From an uncultured Chloroflexia bacterium (GTDB lineage: Bacteria; Chloroflexota; Chloroflexia; QHBQ01; JADMIH01), in contig CAWCNY010000002.1 in assembly GCA_963797095.1 (NCBI GenBank), positions 608,001 through 672,000 on the forward strand: a stretch of 64,000 bases of DNA, read 5' to 3'. Position numbers and translations under genes: made by a program. Under the pieces are notes generated by a model, which saw only the letters and a list, made by a program, of their open reading frames with translations, was not told the DNA's origin and ran no database searches. Shown here one piece after another: positions 61,000-64,000 of this stretch; within the stretch, counting starts at the first letter, position 1, and the number at the start of each line of letters is the position of its first letter.

Positions 61000-61227
61000 A
61001 TGTCAACACAAATGTCAGAAATGTCACCTGAGAAGATTAGAGTTGAAATGAAGCGCCGCTTTGATGCAGTCAACGCGGCAGCAGAGGAGAGGAATCAGCT
61101 CCGACGTGACTTAGGCGATGTAAAAGAGGCAAAAGCCTATGATCGCCCGCGCAGGCGTATCAGTAACGGCGACGTTGATCGTGATGATTTTGATGGAATG
61201 GGCGAGAACGACTCGCTGGGCGGCTGA
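61000..61227 (+). CDS. Small hydrophilic hypothetical protein
   Basis: ORF with a GAGG RBS. Confidence 0.5.
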   Translation: MSTQMSEMSPEKIRVEMKRRFDAVNAAAEERNQLRRDLGDVKEAKAYDRPRRRISNGDVDRDDFDGMGENDSLGG

Positions 61228-61319
61228 TCCCGCGCCACCATACCACACCACGTACCCGACAAAAGTCTAGCTGCCGGCGCATCAGCCACGAACTGCTGTG
61301 CACACGAACCGCCTGGCTG

Positions 61320-62312
61320 CTGTGAAAATAACTCAGGATCAGGCAGCTGCAGGTACGGGTTCGAGGGAAACTTTGTAACCCAACCGCTCTAAACTCTGAA
61401 CCAGCCTTCGCTCCCTTGCCTGCCGATCACGTTCATCAAAGTAGTTGGCACCTAACTCCTGGTAAGTGACTCTATGCACAAGCATCTTGTAGGAGATAAC
61501 CTATATGGAATGGCCTACCGCCACCGCAGCCTTGTGGGAGCCTCGATGTCTGGCTATCCGGTGATACTGAGCACCCAGGTAGCTCTCTTTGCACCGCCCC
61601 GCAGCTTGAGCGGCCTCCACCAAAGCCGTTCGCAGCCACGGGTTGGCTTTACGTGTGCGGCCACTCTTGCGTTTACCCGCACTCTCGTTGTTGCCAGGAC
61701 ACATCCCTGCCCAAGAGGCAAAGTGGCGGGACGTAGGAAAGCGCTCCATGTCAACCCCGATCTCCGCGATTATCACTTCACTTCAGCTGTGCGTTGGCCC
61801 ACTCCTCGTATCGTCGTCAGCAACTCCCAGGGGCCAGCGCCCACGCAAAAGGGAGCATCCTCTCCTCGATCTCTGTGCTCAATCCCTCAATCGATGTATC
61901 CAGCACCTCGATCAGAGCCAATTGGTGAGCCAGCATGAAGCGTTGATGCGCACCAAAGCTTCCCTTGAGGGCCGCTTGCAGTTGGGGTATCTTCTCCCTC
62001 ATACGTCCCTTAGCCAACTCAGTCATAGACCCCTCATCAGTGGAGCCGCCGATCAGAGCCTGCAATATCTGCCCCCCGATACTCCCATGATGTCGGTAGC
62101 CACACTAGCCAGCTTGATGTTGGCCCCTTCCAACGTCTTCTACACCCGGTTGACTTCAGCAACTACGTTCACCCAGGTCAAACTGCTGCTACGGGCTCGC
62201 AGCACCAGACGAGTACCGACCTTGTTGCGCTCAGACTGTCTAGCAAGTAGCATAGCACATAGTTCGCGGACAGCTCAATCATTTTCATTCCGGGGTGGTG
62301 GCACCCAGCCAT
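61320..62312 (-). mobile_element. Decayed IS110-family element; transposase pseudogene at about 61339-62165
   Basis: Fragments EVNRV*KTLEGANIKLASVATDIMGVSG, LAKGRMREKIPQL, AEIGVDMERFPT..HFASWAGMCPGNNESAGKRKSGRT and YQELGANYFDERD...LERLGYKV. Contains stops and frameshifts; the N-terminal RuvC-like domain is absent. Element ends are approximate. Confidence 0.88.
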
Positions 62313-62401
62313 GGAAAACTGCTCTGATATAGTCGGACAGGGCATGCCCGGCTTACATTGGACGAATGCTCAGTATCTATAACAACCAGGAGGTAACAGG
62401 G

Positions 62402-62683
62402 ATGGGAAACATCATCGGTTGGATTATCATAGGACTGATCGCCGGCTGGCTTGCCGGCAGGGTAATGGGTAAAGGCGGCTATGGCCTCATAGGTGACATC
62501 ATAATCGGCCTGGTCGGCGCCGTGCTTGGAGGCTTTGTGGCTTCCCTCCTGCACATCGGCAGCGGATTGAACCCCAGCGACCCCATTAGCTGGGGGAGCC
62601 TTGCTCTAGCTTTTGTGGGCGCCCTCATCCTGATATTTGTCTTACGCGCCGTGTCGGGTAGCCGATCTAGGTTTAGCCGCTAG
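62402..62683 (+). CDS. GlsB/YeaQ/YmgE-family stress membrane protein
   Basis: IIGWIIIGLIAGWLAG...DIIIGLVGAVLGG. AGGAGG RBS. Confidence 0.92.
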   Translation: MGNIIGWIIIGLIAGWLAGRVMGKGGYGLIGDIIIGLVGAVLGGFVASLLHIGSGLNPSDPISWGSLALAFVGALILIFVLRAVSGSRSRFSR

Positions 62684-62798
62684 CGCATAACCACGCGCAC
62701 TTTTTGCCACAGAAGCTGCAGAGGGCCTGGCACTCCAGGCTCTCCATGGTATCGCCGGCATGACTATGCCAGGCACATAACCAATAAGAAGGGATAGT

Positions 62799-63218
62799 AT
62801 GCAACAAGTGTTTACGAGGTTTGCTAGGTGGGCATCGCATTGGACAGGCCAGCCAATCGCCTTTCTCCTTGCTGCCGGCGTGATTCTCGTGTGGATCCTC
62901 TCCGGTCCTATCTTTCGCTTCTCAGATACCTGGCAGCTGGTTATCAATACAGGCACAACCATTATTACCTTTCTCATGGTCTTTCTCATCCAAAATACCC
63001 AGAACCGCGATACCAAAGCCCTGCAACTCAAGCTCGATGAATTGATCTTCGTGATAGCCAAGGCCAACAACTCCTTGCTCGACCTCGAAGAGATGGATGA
63101 GAGTGAGCTGGATAAAATCCGAGATCGCTACGAAAAGGTGGCTGCAAAATCCAGAAAAGACGGCATTGCCCGCGATAATGCCATCGCCGCAGACACCAAC
63201 GGCGTCAAGAAAGCCTGA
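62799..63218 (+). CDS. Low-affinity iron permease (Fet4-like) family protein
   Basis: FSDTWQLVINTGTTIITFLMVFLIQNTQNRD...LKLDELI. Confidence 0.92.
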   Translation: MQQVFTRFARWASHWTGQPIAFLLAAGVILVWILSGPIFRFSDTWQLVINTGTTIITFLMVFLIQNTQNRDTKALQLKLDELIFVIAKANNSLLDLEEMDESELDKIRDRYEKVAAKSRKDGIARDNAIAADTNGVKKA

Positions 63219-63412
63219 CCAGACCGAGGTGACGCAAGCGCCAGCCCACCATACAAGTGCCCACGTCAATCAGAGAAACCCTGGCGGGTCAGGCCCGTAA
63301 TAAATGTCTAGATTGGAACCCAGAACCGCGGCCGTTTCAATGATGCTGATAGGCAAAGTAGCTGCTGACTGCAGCAAGATTGATCCCAGTTCTGTGGGAA
63401 GGGAGAAATGTT

Positions 63413-63613
63413 ATGAATGATAATGATGAATACCTACGAGACGAGCAACAGCAACAGCAACTACAGCAACAACAAGAAGATCATGCCAGTTACGAAGCGA
63501 GCGAAAGGCACGTGGAGAGGTGCGCAACGCTCACCTGGAGGCTGGACGTGAGCAAGCCCGCCGAGACAACGCGCTGGCTAAAGAGCGAAATGCCGCAGGG
63601 CCTCCGCCCATAG
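63413..63613 (+). CDS. Possible small Gln-rich hypothetical protein
   Basis: ATG behind GGAG and a poly-Q stretch; no family recognised. Confidence 0.3.
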   Translation: MNDNDEYLRDEQQQQQLQQQQEDHASYEASERHVERCATLTWRLDVSKPAETTRWLKSEMPQGLRP

Positions 63614-63622
63614 AGGACAAGA

Positions 63623-63907
63623 GTGAAGCTGACTATGAGACGGAGCGCGAGTCACGCTAGTGGTGAGCTTAGCGTGACCAACTCACGGGGTGGCCAATGG
63701 CTATCTATGGAGAGGAAGGTGACCACAATGATGGGAACTGACGGAGGGGCACTATCTCCTCCGGTGCCGGCACCGGAGGAGATAGTGCCCCTACTATACA
63801 GGGTTTACTGCTCTGATGTCAGGCGTTCGCAACTTGAGCAGACCGAATGGGTAATAAAGGGCACCGACGGACAGATGTATATTGTGTCCTCCGAGCCGGG
63901 CGGCTGA
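63623..63907 (+). CDS. Possible small hypothetical protein; start uncertain
   Basis: ORF only. Confidence 0.3.
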   Translation: MKLTMRRSASHASGELSVTNSRGGQWLSMERKVTTMMGTDGGALSPPVPAPEEIVPLLYRVYCSDVRRSQLEQTEWVIKGTDGQMYIVSSEPGG

Positions 63908-64000
63908 CTGCAACGGGCTGAGTACCAGGGAGAGATCGGGATGCGGATAGCCCTAGCACAGGAAGACGCTGCCTCGGTTTGCTGGACGGCGTACGGAGAT

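Noticed and set aside
61474-62332. Plus-strand ORFs of 154 and 229 aa
   Set aside because: They are antisense to the IS110 pseudogene.

Overview
This is a GC-rich bacterial window, most likely Chloroflexota (inferred from the SLH proteins with Pro/Thr-rich linkers and the gene repertoire). It has three parts. (1) 1-3.1 kb: a fluoride-riboswitch-led minus-strand gene run (unknown protein, DUF6062-like Cys/His protein, DUF190-CBS protein), divergent from enolase. (2) 3.2-37.5 kb: a low-oxygen/fermentative energy island with eno, an SQR-like flavoprotein, cydABDC, a group 3b [NiFe]-hydrogenase, a Vor-type 2-oxoacid:ferredoxin oxidoreductase plus aminotransferase, nifJ (PFOR), two DHOD-like flavoproteins, and an HTH-PocR/TusA/DsrE/SQR/P1B-ATPase operon. 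(3) 37.7-64 kb: a GH13 protein, an APH(6)-like kinase, an M20 peptidase, an IorAB-like Mo enzyme, GH5-SLH and other envelope proteins (two resemble the CIS membrane adaptor CisA), a kinase-regulator fusion, small stress genes and a decayed IS110. The strongest unexpected signal is non-coding. Nine transcription units of the island share one promoter architecture: 3-5 helically phased nnyACC boxes spaced 11-10-12 (or 10-11-12), exactly 9 nt, then a TAnnnT/CAnnnT -10 hexamer. This points to a regulon I cannot assign to a described regulator. Composite 7-bp tandem arrays sit on many gene junctions, and REP-like palindromes recur. No rRNA, tRNA or CRISPR array was seen. All family calls come from motif recognition by eye, not database searches.
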